From contig NC_000909.1 of the NCBI RefSeq assembly GCF_000091665.1, forward strand, positions 90,870 to 122,869: DNA of 32,000 bases, written 5' to 3'. Made by a program: the position numbers and the translations under genes. Source of the stretch: Methanocaldococcus jannaschii DSM 2661. Lineage in GTDB: Archaea; AGJL01; Methanococci; Methanococcales; Methanocaldococcaceae. This document shows, piece by piece, positions 1-8,390 of the stretch. The notes beneath the pieces were generated by a model that saw only the letters and a program-made list of their open reading frames with translations, was not told the origin of the DNA and made no database searches. Position 1 is the stretch's first letter. Each line of letters opens with the position of its first letter.

Positions 1-175
1 TTAAATGAAAACTTTTTGAGTTTTTGTAGCCAGAATTGAAACTTTCTGTTTCATCAAAATTTTTATGAGCATCCCTCGTAGAAAGGGATTCCAACCTATT
101 GGACATTAATTGCCCCTGTAAGGGGCAACTTAATGGACATGTGATATCCCAATAGGAGGCATCCTCCTATGGTAT
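1..175. repeat. Mosaic hairpin element A, downstream of aIF2beta
   Basis: ttaaatgaaaact...agttttTGTAGCC...TTTCATCAAAAT...ttggacattaattGCCCCtgtaaGGGGCaacttaatggaca...tatcccAATAGGAGGcatCCTCCTATgg. Confidence 0.75.
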
Positions 176-607
176 TTAAATCATTCTTATTGGTCTTATA
201 GCACCACAAGCCATACATTTGAGTAAATGAACTCTTCCCTCCTTAATAATCTTGGTATCTGGCTTACCGCACTCTCTACAGATAACATACTCCCTCAAGA
301 AGTCATTAATTCTTGATTTTAATAACTCTGGGCTGATTCTTCTCTGTAAGATTAATCTACCTCCCTCTAAGTTACCAGCACTACCAGTCTCTTTTAAAAG
401 ATACTTAGCAAAGAATTCCTCATCTCTATTAACTGCCTTAGCCAACTCTCTAAAGTTTCTTATTATTGTTCTATTTCCTTCTATCAAAATCTCAATTTCT
501 GGAAGTTCAAATCTATCTTTTTGGAAAACGTAATCTGGAATCTGACTTCTTGCTCTCTTTAATAATGCCTTATAATCATAATAGTCAATATTTTCAAGGT
601 CGCTCAT
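176..607 (-). CDS. eif2b: Translation initiation factor aIF2 beta subunit
   Basis: 143 aa ORF; N-terminal aIF2beta domain and C-terminal zinc ribbon (CRECGKPDTKI...LLKCMACGA). Confidence 0.93.
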   Translation of the reverse strand: MSDLENIDYYDYKALLKRARSQIPDYVFQKDRFELPEIEILIEGNRTIIRNFRELAKAVNRDEEFFAKYLLKETGSAGNLEGGRLILQRRISPELLKSRINDFLREYVICRECGKPDTKIIKEGRVHLLKCMACGAIRPIRMI

Positions 608-802
608 TTTATCACCAAAATAAGATTATCAAAAAACTATAACTTTTAATTTATATAAAAAACTATCCCAATTGCCAAATGGTAATATAGTGTCTTTCAA
701 AATTTATAAAGCTTATTTATTAATAAGGAAAATTTCAAAGTGTTTTGAAAGATACTATAAATTCAATTAAAAAAGAATAAAATTTCTAATTAATTATTTT
801 AA

Positions 803-988
803 TTATTTTATTCTCTTACCATTAACTTTCTTATTTTGCCATGAATATTTTCTCATTCTTTTATTTGGAAATCCACATGCAGCACATCTCTTTTTTCTTA
901 CGTGGTAGGCTCTTCTCCCACATCTTCTACATCTTATGTGATATGAACCTTTGTTTCTTTTACCCATTGATGGAGTTCCTTTTGACAT
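803..988 (-). CDS. rpl37e: 50S ribosomal protein L37e
   Basis: 61 aa; [14 protein letters not shown]...[10 protein letters not shown]...CAACGFP zinc-binding pattern typical of L37e. Confidence 0.95.
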   Translation of the reverse strand: MSKGTPSMGKRNKGSYHIRCRRCGRRAYHVRKKRCAACGFPNKRMRKYSWQNKKVNGKRIK

Positions 989-1388
989 AAGTTATCACCT
1001 TAAAATCTTTAATTTGTGTTTTTATAGTTTTTGCAAATATTTAGAATACATTAAGGCATATAATGAACGCCTTCTTATAGAAGGCGGTCAATCTTCCTTC
1101 GTCAATTTAATAACTTTTGCAAAAAACCATATATCCTCTTTTTGTTGTTATAAAAACATTGATTGACTATAATAGCAGATTATGCTATTTAAACTTTACC
1201 TTCTTTGAATAGGACTTTAGCAGTTTATATACTATTATCTTTATATGAGAATTGTAGTATCTTTCAAAACATTATAGAATTTATATGAAGGTAGATATAA
1301 GTCAAGAAATATTTACTCCTACAAAAGTCCTATTATTGAAGTTATAAATTTATTTATAAATATTTAAAAAATAGAATTTAATTAGTAT

Positions 1389-1662
1389 TTTATTCCAGAA
1401 ATCTGATTTTGCGATATTTTGTTTAAATTGTTTCCATTCCGAAACGGTCTGATTTTAATAAATTTGCAAGCAGAATTCCCATATAATAAAATTAGTTTCC
1501 ATCCTCTAAGAGGTCTTATTTTAATAAAATCATGCCAAAACAGAAGATTGATAAGGATAAAGATTTCCATCCTCCAAGAGGTCTTATTTTAATTGTTACT
1601 CTACCTGTTTTTGCCGTGATTTCTCTACCTAATTTCCATCCTCCAAGAGGTCTTATTTTAAT
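1389..1662 (-). CRISPR. Small CRISPR array with mixed repeat types
   Basis: Repeats on + strand: 1431-1459 tttccattccgaaacggtctgattttaat; 1496-1525 tttccatcctctaagaggtcttattttaat; 1564-1593 and 1633-1662 tttccatcctccaagaggtcttattttaat. Spacers are 36, 38 and 39 bp. A degenerate partial repeat (tattccagaaatctgatttt) lies at the left end. Orientation inferred from the leader-like flank on the right. Confidence 0.88.
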
Positions 1663-1767
1663 AGGGTAATCATTCACAACATAATATATTTCATCACTCT
1701 TAATATTTAAGCTTTTCTATACCATATTTTTCTAAGGATAAATAACCATCTTACAATATAAACCTTT

Positions 1768-1955
1768 TAGTATTTAAAATTTTATCTCTTTACTAAAACA
1801 GAGTATTTTTATCTTTTTAAATCCAAAAATTTAACTTATTTGTTAGAGAAATCTTATTTACTTGCCTAATTAATCCTAATTTTCAAAAATTCAAATAATT
1901 TGATTAAGTTAAATATTCTAAACAATCAAACCAGCAAACCCTTAGAAATTAAATA
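1768..1955 (-). promoter_or_regulatory. CRISPR leader-like sequence, copy 1
   Basis: AT-rich tract (tagtatttaaaattttatctctttactaaaacagagta...caaaccagcaaacccttagaaattaaat) closely matches 17487-17675 beside the second CRISPR locus. Confidence 0.75.
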
Positions 1956-2032
1956 AATATTATTTAAATAAAGAAATAAAGCCTTTAAATTTATTAAACA
2001 TAAGTCTAAACTCTTTCAGCGTGATAAATATA

Positions 2033-2428
2033 TTACTCAAAAATCTCAATTGCTTTAAATGGACAGGCTTTTAAACAGTTTTTACAGCCGACACAGTCCT
2101 CTTCTTTGAATACTACATTATAATCCTCATCCATATAAATTACATTAATAGGGCATTGGGTTATGCAACAGCCACAATGCACACACTTCTCCAAATCCCT
2201 TTTTATAACTTTAGAGATTTCCTCAACTTCTCCAAATTTTGATAGATAATTTAAAGCTTTCTCTATAGTTTCTTTACTACCAAACAATTCCAATATCAAA
2301 AATGCCTCCTGTGGCTCTACCTTAGCTTTTAATATGTTTATCTTAACTCCTGTATTTAATATAGTATCGGAAATAACTGGCTTGTTTATATGCTCTGAAT
2401 CTGTCCAGTAATACACTCTCTTTCTCAT
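2033..2428 (-). CDS. NIL domain plus 2x[4Fe-4S] ferredoxin protein, archaeal homocysteine biosynthesis partner
   Basis: 131 aa; [12 protein letters not shown] and [12 protein letters not shown] motifs; overlaps the start of the upstream DUF39/CBS gene. Confidence 0.85.
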
Positions 2429-3954
2429 TTTTTCCCTCCGAATAATCTTGAGATATCTTCAGATGTTACAATGCCCACAACTCTTCTGTAGTCATCAACC
2501 ACTGGAACACCAGAAATGTTATATTTACTCATTTTTATCGCTACATGGTCAACGGGTTCATCTTCATGAGCAGTTATTACATTTCTTGTCATAATCTCTT
2601 CAATTGTCTTTTTGTTTTGAGCAAGAGCTTTAGCTATATCCCACGATGTAATTATTCCCACTAACTTCCCATGTTCATCAACTATAGGAAGATGGTTTAT
2701 ATTATGCTTTATCAAAATCTTAGCAGCTTCCATAATGGATATATTGCTATGAGCAGTTATTGGTGGTTTGCTTAAAATATCCTTAACTAATGTTATTGGT
2801 GACTTCATTGGCTTGTTTTCAGCTCTTCCTAAAGTATCAACCCTCTCAGTTAGTAAAAACTTCCCATCCAAAATCCACTGTTTGAGGGTTTCAGCAACCT
2901 CTCTTGCCATCTTATAACTTGAAACAGAACCAGTTTTTACGGTTTTTTCAACATCTTTCCCATCTATATTTACATTTAATGTTATTTTTCCACTTCTTAA
3001 CACTTTATAGTTTGTTTTTGCTATTAATGGTCTATCCCTCCTTGGAAATCCATAATCATAGATTGGCACTTCAATATCTTCATCTCTAATAGCACATCTC
3101 TCAGCTATCTTTTCATTTAAAACTGGGATTGGGATGCCTATACCAACATACAACGTGCTTCCATACCTTGGCATTGTAGCAGCCCTTATAAATTTAGGAT
3201 TCATCTGTTTTAAATCTCCTTTAACCATTAATGTTCCAAATGGTGGGTTATGCTGTGTACCCTCACCAATTACATATCCAATTCCTCCTCCTAAGAAAAT
3301 CCTTGTTCCAATACCTATGGTATTAAATGATTTTGTTTCTGGGTTATAATCATTCTGTAAAGGATTTAACTGTCCAGCGCCTGAATAATGAACGTTGTTA
3401 TATTCAGGAAGTAGAATGCCCATGTAGGTGTATATTTTCTCCTCCCTACTGTTTGTTGCTGCAGCATAAGTTTGATAGCAATTTCTTGGATTAACCATAA
3501 TTGCCTGATTAACATCATCTAACGTTATTCTAACATTAACCTCCTTCCTTGGATAGCAGTCAGTTGTATATCCCTCAGCATAAAGCTCAACTTCCTTTCC
3601 TCTAACTAAATCCTCTATAACATGAGCTCCTCCGTAATCAATATCTACATCTGGGTCTTCGTTCGGTTGTGCAGCTCCTATATAAGCATCAACAGCAGCT
3701 AAACCTCCATAAGCTTCAACATTGTTTAAATAAATCCTTAACATCTTTATTGGCGGGTCTGAATGTCCAAAGTTTATAAATACTCCAGATGAGCACATAG
3801 CTCCAAATGTTCCTGTTGTAACAACATCAACATAATCAGCCGCTCTTTTAGCTCCTTCTTCCTCAACTATTTTTATCATCTCTTCCGCTGTTACAACAAC
3901 AGCCTCTCCTTTTTTAATCTTTTCATTAATCTCTTTGATTGTTTTCATAATCAT
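2425..3954 (-). CDS. DUF39 homocysteine biosynthesis protein with C-terminal CBS domain pair
   Basis: 509 aa; DUF39-like N-terminal region and two C-terminal CBS motifs ([40 protein letters not shown]; [39 protein letters not shown]). Confidence 0.85.
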   Translation of the reverse strand: MIMKTIKEINEKIKKGEAVVVTAEEMIKIVEEEGAKRAADYVDVVTTGTFGAMCSSGVFINFGHSDPPIKMLRIYLNNVEAYGGLAAVDAYIGAAQPNEDPDVDIDYGGAHVIEDLVRGKEVELYAEGYTTDCYPRKEVNVRITLDDVNQAIMVNPRNCYQTYAAATNSREEKIYTYMGILLPEYNNVHYSGAGQLNPLQNDYNPETKSFNTIGIGTRIFLGGGIGYVIGEGTQHNPPFGTLMVKGDLKQMNPKFIRAATMPRYGSTLYVGIGIPIPVLNEKIAERCAIRDEDIEVPIYDYGFPRRDRPLIAKTNYKVLRSGKITLNVNIDGKDVEKTVKTGSVSSYKMAREVAETLKQWILDGKFLLTERVDTLGRAENKPMKSPITLVKDILSKPPITAHSNISIMEAAKILIKHNINHLPIVDEHGKLVGIITSWDIAKALAQNKKTIEEIMTRNVITAHEDEPVDHVAIKMSKYNISGVPVVDDYRRVVGIVTSEDISRLFGGKK

Positions 3955-4180
3955 AACCTCTACAAATTTTTATAGTGTTTTTCAAATGTTTTACGGTATA
4001 AGGTATTTATAAAAGCCCTATAGGCTTTTATATAAGTGCCTTAGAAATTTTATTAAGTTTGAAAAACACTATAGGTAATCCCTAAAATATATAAAAAGAG
4101 ATATAAAAATTTTAAACTTCTAAAGTATTTGATTCTATTATATCTGAGATTAAAATTGCTAAATAGAAAATAAAAAAGAA

Positions 4181-5536
4181 TTATCCTTCCTTAAACATTA
4201 ATTGTCTCATTATTTGTCCTAAAGGTCCTCCAATTCTCAACATCTTACCCTTTCTCAACTTATCTATGGCATTTTTTGTTGTTTCATAATATCTTAAAAC
4301 CTCCCTAACATCATTTTCTGTAGTTCCAGAACCTCTTGCAATCCTTCTGATTCTTGAAGCTTTAATAATCTTTGGATTTTCTCTCTCTTCCTTAGTCATT
4401 GAACTTATAATTACCTTATATTTTTTTATCTTTGCCTCAGTTAAATGAGAAAGCTCTTTAGGCATAGCTCCTCCAAATCCAGGAATCATACTTAGGATTT
4501 TTTTCATTGAACCCATGTTTTCAATTGCTTCTAATTGAGTCATCAACTCATTTAAAGTAAATTTCCCTCTCATTATTGCATCTATGCTTTCTTCTGTTTT
4601 CTCATCAACCATGTCTTCAGCTTTTTCTAATAGGCTCTCTAAATCTCCCATCCCTAACAGTCGAGATATAAATTTTTTAGGGTCGAATGGTTCTAAATCA
4701 TCAATCCCCTCCCCAATTCCAATGAATTTTATAGGTGCTTTTGTCTCAGCAACCGCACTTAACGCCCCTCCTCCTTTAGCAGAACCATCTAACTTAGTTA
4801 CTATTATACTCCCAATCTCTCCAACTGCCTCTTTAAACGCTTTAGCTTGAATTCCTGCTTGTTGCCCAATAGTCCCATCTATAACCAATATGATTTCATC
4901 TGGATTTGTTATCTCTTTAATTTGCTTCATCTCTTCCAATAAACCTTTTTCCTCTTTATGTCTTCCAGCAGTATCTATAATTAAAACATCTGCCTTCTTA
5001 AATTTCTCCATCCCCTCTTTAACAATATCTACTGGTGATTTTGTTCTTGTCTCATCCCCATATATTGGCACGTGGATTTTTTCAGCTAACTGCTTTAACT
5101 GCTCATAAGCCGCTGGTCTGTAGGTATCAGCTGCGATTAAAGCAGGTTTTAACCCTCTTTTTTGGATATACCTTGCTAATTTTGCTGCAGTTGTTGTTTT
5201 TCCTGAACCTTGAATACCAACTAATAAGATAACATTTTGTTTTTTTGGATTTAACTCTAATTTTTTTGCCTCTTCTCCCAATAATTTGACTAATTCTTCA
5301 TAGACAATCTTTATGATATGCTCTTTCTTTGATAAACCCTTTGGTGTCTTTTCCTCTAAAGCTCTCCTCTCTATTTCTTTACTCATCTTTAAAACCAATT
5401 TTACATTAACATCTGCCTGTATTAAAGCCCTTTGAATATCTTTTATAACTTCTTTTATTAATTTTTTATCAACAAAGGCAGCAGCTTTTAGTTTGTTTAG
5501 GGCTTTGTTTAAATTTTCTCCTAATTTATCGAGCAT
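4181..5536 (-). CDS. srp54: Signal recognition particle 54 kDa protein
   Basis: 451 aa; [16 protein letters not shown]-loop, [19 protein letters not shown] and a methionine-rich M domain ([11 protein letters not shown]). Confidence 0.98.
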
Positions 5537-5629
5537 GATATCACCAAATTAAACTATACAACACTTAATAAAATATTATATTTCTTCAATTAAAAATTTT
5601 ATTGTTTTCAGAAATTTTAGAATTATACT

Positions 5630-6184
5630 TTAAACAGTTCCCCATCTTTTAAATAAGCTATTATCTATTCCCAAAATATCTAAAACTCTTCCAACAACAA
5701 AATTAATTATATCATTTACATTTTTTGGTTTATTATAGAAAGCAGGAATTGGAGGCATTACTATAGCTCCCAAATTTGAAAGTTTTAACATATTTTCTAA
5801 ATGTATGCTATTAAATGGCATCTCTCTTGGCATAATTATCAATTTCCTTCTTTCTTTTAAAGCGATATCACAAACTCTAACTATTAAATTTGCTGAGTAT
5901 CCGTTGGCTATGGCTGATAAAGTTTTCATTGAGCAAGGCACAACTACAACAGCATCAAATTTGTTTGAACCAGATGCAAGAGGTGAGAAAAAGTCATCAT
6001 TCTCATAATAGTCCGTCGCTAATTTTTTTATTTCTTTCCAGTCAATATCAAGCTCTTCTTTAATTATTTTTTTAGCTGAATTTGAGATAATTAGATTAAC
6101 TTCAGCTCTATCTTTCAATACCTCTAACAATCTTTTTGCATAAATGACTCCACTCGCCCCGGTTATACAAACAATAATTTTCAT
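5630..6184 (-). CDS. ubiX: UbiX/Pad1-family flavin prenyltransferase
   Basis: 184 aa; MKIIVCITGASGVIYAKRLLEVL, VVVPCSMKTLSAIANGYSANLIVR, REMPFNSIHLENMLKLS. Confidence 0.93.
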   Translation of the reverse strand: MKIIVCITGASGVIYAKRLLEVLKDRAEVNLIISNSAKKIIKEELDIDWKEIKKLATDYYENDDFFSPLASGSNKFDAVVVVPCSMKTLSAIANGYSANLIVRVCDIALKERRKLIIMPREMPFNSIHLENMLKLSNLGAIVMPPIPAFYNKPKNVNDIINFVVGRVLDILGIDNSLFKRWGTV

Positions 6185-6291
6185 AAATTCACCATTAAAA
6201 ACTGTTAAGTTAAGATTTAAAAAATAAATACTATTTAAAAATAGTTAATCCATAAATCTAAAAAAATAAATATAACAACCTAAAATAAAAT

Positions 6292-6316
6292 AATAAAATG
6301 GTGCCGAGGGAGGGAT
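6292..6316 (-). repeat. Partial duplicate of the tRNA-Met 3' end
   Basis: aataaaatggtgccgagggagggat matches 6549-6574 (aataaaaatggtgccgagggagggat). Confidence 0.9.
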
Positions 6317-6548
6317 ACAAACGAAACTTTTAGAAAAAGTTAAACAAAATCTTTCAGATTTTGTAGCCCGAAGCTAACGCTTCGGTTAAATGAAAACTAA
6401 AAGAGTTTTCATAGCTGGAAAGCGTAGCTTTCCATTTCATCAAAATAGGATGCATTGCCTCGCTACGCTCGGCAATGCCTCTTAAAAGAAAGTGGGGTTG
6501 CCTCTGGCAACCCTGCTCTGAGTATCCCAATAGGGCGAAGCCCTATGG
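6317..6548. repeat. Mosaic hairpin element B between tRNA-Met and a copy of its 3' end
   Basis: Hairpins CCGAAGctaacGCTTCGG, TGAAAACTaaaagAGTTTTCA, TGGAAAGCgtaGCTTTCCA, gcattgcc..ggcaatgc, GGGTTGCCtctGGCAACCC, ATAGGGCgaaGCCCTAT. Confidence 0.8.
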
Positions 6549-6556
6549 AATAAAAA

Positions 6557-6668
6557 TGGTGCCGAGGGAGGGATTCGAACCCTCGACCTCCCGGTTTCCC
6601 AGGACCCAGGCGTAAAGCCTGGGATATCCGTATGAGCCGGGCGCTATAACCAGCTAAGCCACCTCGGC
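6557..6668 (-). tRNA. tRNA-Met (CAU), intron-containing, probable elongator
   Basis: Reverse complement: GCCGAGG acceptor, CCCGG CTCATA anticodon arm, GC-rich intron (~35 nt) at the canonical 37/38 position, CCGGG, GAGGG TTCGAAT CCCTC T arm, CCTCGGC A CCA. CCA is encoded. Confidence 0.93.
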
Positions 6669-6758
6669 ACGCAACATCATTATAATTACAAACCCATATA
6701 TATACTTTTCGGCGTAAGTTTTATATAGGGAGGTTTATAAATAAAATTTGCCTTTAAG

Positions 6759-6846
6759 GGCGGGGGTCGCCAAGCCAGGTCAAAGGCGCCAGATTGAGGG
6801 TCTGGTCCCGTAGGGGTTCGCGGGTTCAAATCCCGTCCCCCGCACC
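6759..6846 (+). tRNA. tRNA-Leu (GAG)
   Basis: GCGGGGG...CCAGA TTGAGGG TCTGG, long variable arm CCCGTAGGGG, CGGG TTCAAAT CCCG, CCCCCGC A CCA. Confidence 0.95.
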
Positions 6847-6853
6847 AAATATT

Positions 6854-6943
6854 TGATAGCGGGTTAGAAGAGGCATTGCTTCCATTAGGAAGCAATGTAT
6901 CCTGGGTATAGCAATAGGGCGAAGCCCTATGCTTTAAACCCCA
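6854..6943. repeat. Mosaic hairpin element C downstream of tRNA-Leu
   Basis: CATTGCTTCCattaGGAAGCAATG and ATAGGGCgaaGCCCTAT; the latter is identical to element B. Confidence 0.78.
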
Positions 6944-6962
6944 TCCCCCGCACCAAATATTT
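6944..6962 (+). repeat. Partial duplicate of the tRNA-Leu 3' end
   Basis: tcccccgcaccaaatattt identical to 6835-6853, offset 109 bp. Confidence 0.92.
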
Positions 6963-7088
6963 TGAGCTTTTTTTAATTTGGACAATATTAGTAACTGCAA
7001 AATCTTCTTTTAGAATAATAATAACCCAATATAACAAGATTGTTTAAATTGTTTTTAATTAATGTAAATATTTGAATGTTGTGGGATT

Positions 7089-8390
7089 ATGGTGTGCTTA
7101 GATTTATCACAATACAGGATGATAACCGACGTTAAAAACAAAGATAACACATTAATCCTTGAAATAAACAAAATTTATGAGATTGAAGTTGAAATTCCTT
7201 ATGAAGAGGTTGAAATTGATGGCTCAATAATAAAAATTAATGCTCATCCAAAAAGAGCTGAAAATATAAAGGTTGGGATTTTAAACTTAATTTCTTATAG
7301 CATAGCTAACAATTTAAAGAGCAAAATAACAAAGAGAAAAACTATATATATAAATGAGCCAATTCCTCTAATAGGGCATACTGCCTTTGGTTTAATTGAA
7401 AGAGGTAGAAATATAATCCAAGTTAGAGGGCATTGTGGCTGTAATTTAAACTGCATATTTTGCTCAGTGGATGAAGGAGAGTTTTCTAAAACAAGAAAAA
7501 ATGATTACTATGTTGATTTAGAGTATTTAATTGAGAATTACAAAAAGATTGTTGATTTTAAGGAAAATAAGTTTATTGAGGCACATTTAGATGGGCAGGG
7601 AGAGCCAAGCCTTTATTATCCATTAGTTGATTTAGTTCAAGAACTGGCAGAGATAAATAAAAAAGGTAATGGTATCGTTTCCATGCAAACAAACGGGACA
7701 GTTTTAAATTATAAACTAATAGATGAGTTAGAAGAGGCCGGGTTGCATAGGATAAACTTATCTATCAATGCCTTAGATGAAAAAATGGCTAAAATGCTCT
7801 CTGGTAGGAGAGATTACAATATTAAGAAGATTTTAGATATTGCTGAATATATAAAAAACTCTAAGATTCATCTATTGATTGCTCCCCTTTTATTGCCAAA
7901 CATAAACGATGAGGAATTTAAGAGAGTTATTGAGTATGCTGTTGATTTAGAGCAGAAAAATCCTCAAAACATTATTAATCCATTAACCGGGAAAAAAGAC
8001 CCCATTTTAGGTTGCCAACTTTGTAGGGTTTATCAATTAGGTAGAAGACCTAAAAAAATGAAGGTTTGGGATTTTGAGAAGTTTTATTATTTGTTAGGGA
8101 AATATGAGTTAGAATATAAGAAGAAAGGTATAGAGGTTAAGCTCATAACTTCACCAAAGGATTTTGGAACGCATAAGAGGAAAAGATTGCCTTATCCATT
8201 CAAAGTTGGTGAGGTAACAAAAGTAAAAGTTGTTTTAGATGGAAGAGTTAAAGGAGAAGTTTTGGGAGTTGCTAAGGATAGGGTAATTCAGATAATTAAC
8301 TGCAATAATGAACAAAATCTAATAGGGAAGACAGTTAAAGTGAGAATTTTGAGAAATAAGGATAATATAATAGTTGCAGAATTGGTTTAA
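7089..8390 (+). CDS. Radical SAM protein (uncharacterised)
   Basis: 433 aa; CGCNLNCIFCSVDEG motif; C-terminal basic domain resembling TRAM/OB (KVKVVLDGRVKGEVLG...IGKTVKVRIL). Confidence 0.85.
   Translation: MVCLDLSQYRMITDVKNKDNTLILEINKIYEIEVEIPYEEVEIDGSIIKINAHPKRAENIKVGILNLISYSIANNLKSKITKRKTIYINEPIPLIGHTAFGLIERGRNIIQVRGHCGCNLNCIFCSVDEGEFSKTRKNDYYVDLEYLIENYKKIVDFKENKFIEAHLDGQGEPSLYYPLVDLVQELAEINKKGNGIVSMQTNGTVLNYKLIDELEEAGLHRINLSINALDEKMAKMLSGRRDYNIKKILDIAEYIKNSKIHLLIAPLLLPNINDEEFKRVIEYAVDLEQKNPQNIINPLTGKKDPILGCQLCRVYQLGRRPKKMKVWDFEKFYYLLGKYELEYKKKGIEVKLITSPKDFGTHKRKRLPYPFKVGEVTKVKVVLDGRVKGEVLGVAKDRVIQIINCNNEQNLIGKTVKVRILRNKDNIIVAELV

Noticed and set aside
1382-1570. 62 aa minus-strand ORF
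   Set aside because: It reads through CRISPR repeats and spacers.
2904-3349. Plus-strand ORFs antisense to the DUF39/CBS gene, and similar antisense ORFs within SRP54, helicase, pyruvate kinase, SecD, cdhE, cdhD, eIF2B-like and HsdR genes
   Set aside because: They are shadow ORFs opposite strong conserved coding genes.
6557-6668. Possibility that the CAU tRNA is initiator tRNA or tRNA-Ile2
   Set aside because: The GC-rich intron at 37/38 and the GCCGAGG acceptor fit an elongator Met better, but identity cannot be fully settled from sequence alone.
6686-7000. 104 aa ORF on the minus strand (track ORF 6686..7000)
   Set aside because: It overlaps tRNA-Leu and hairpin element C and is an artefact of GC-rich structured RNA sequence.
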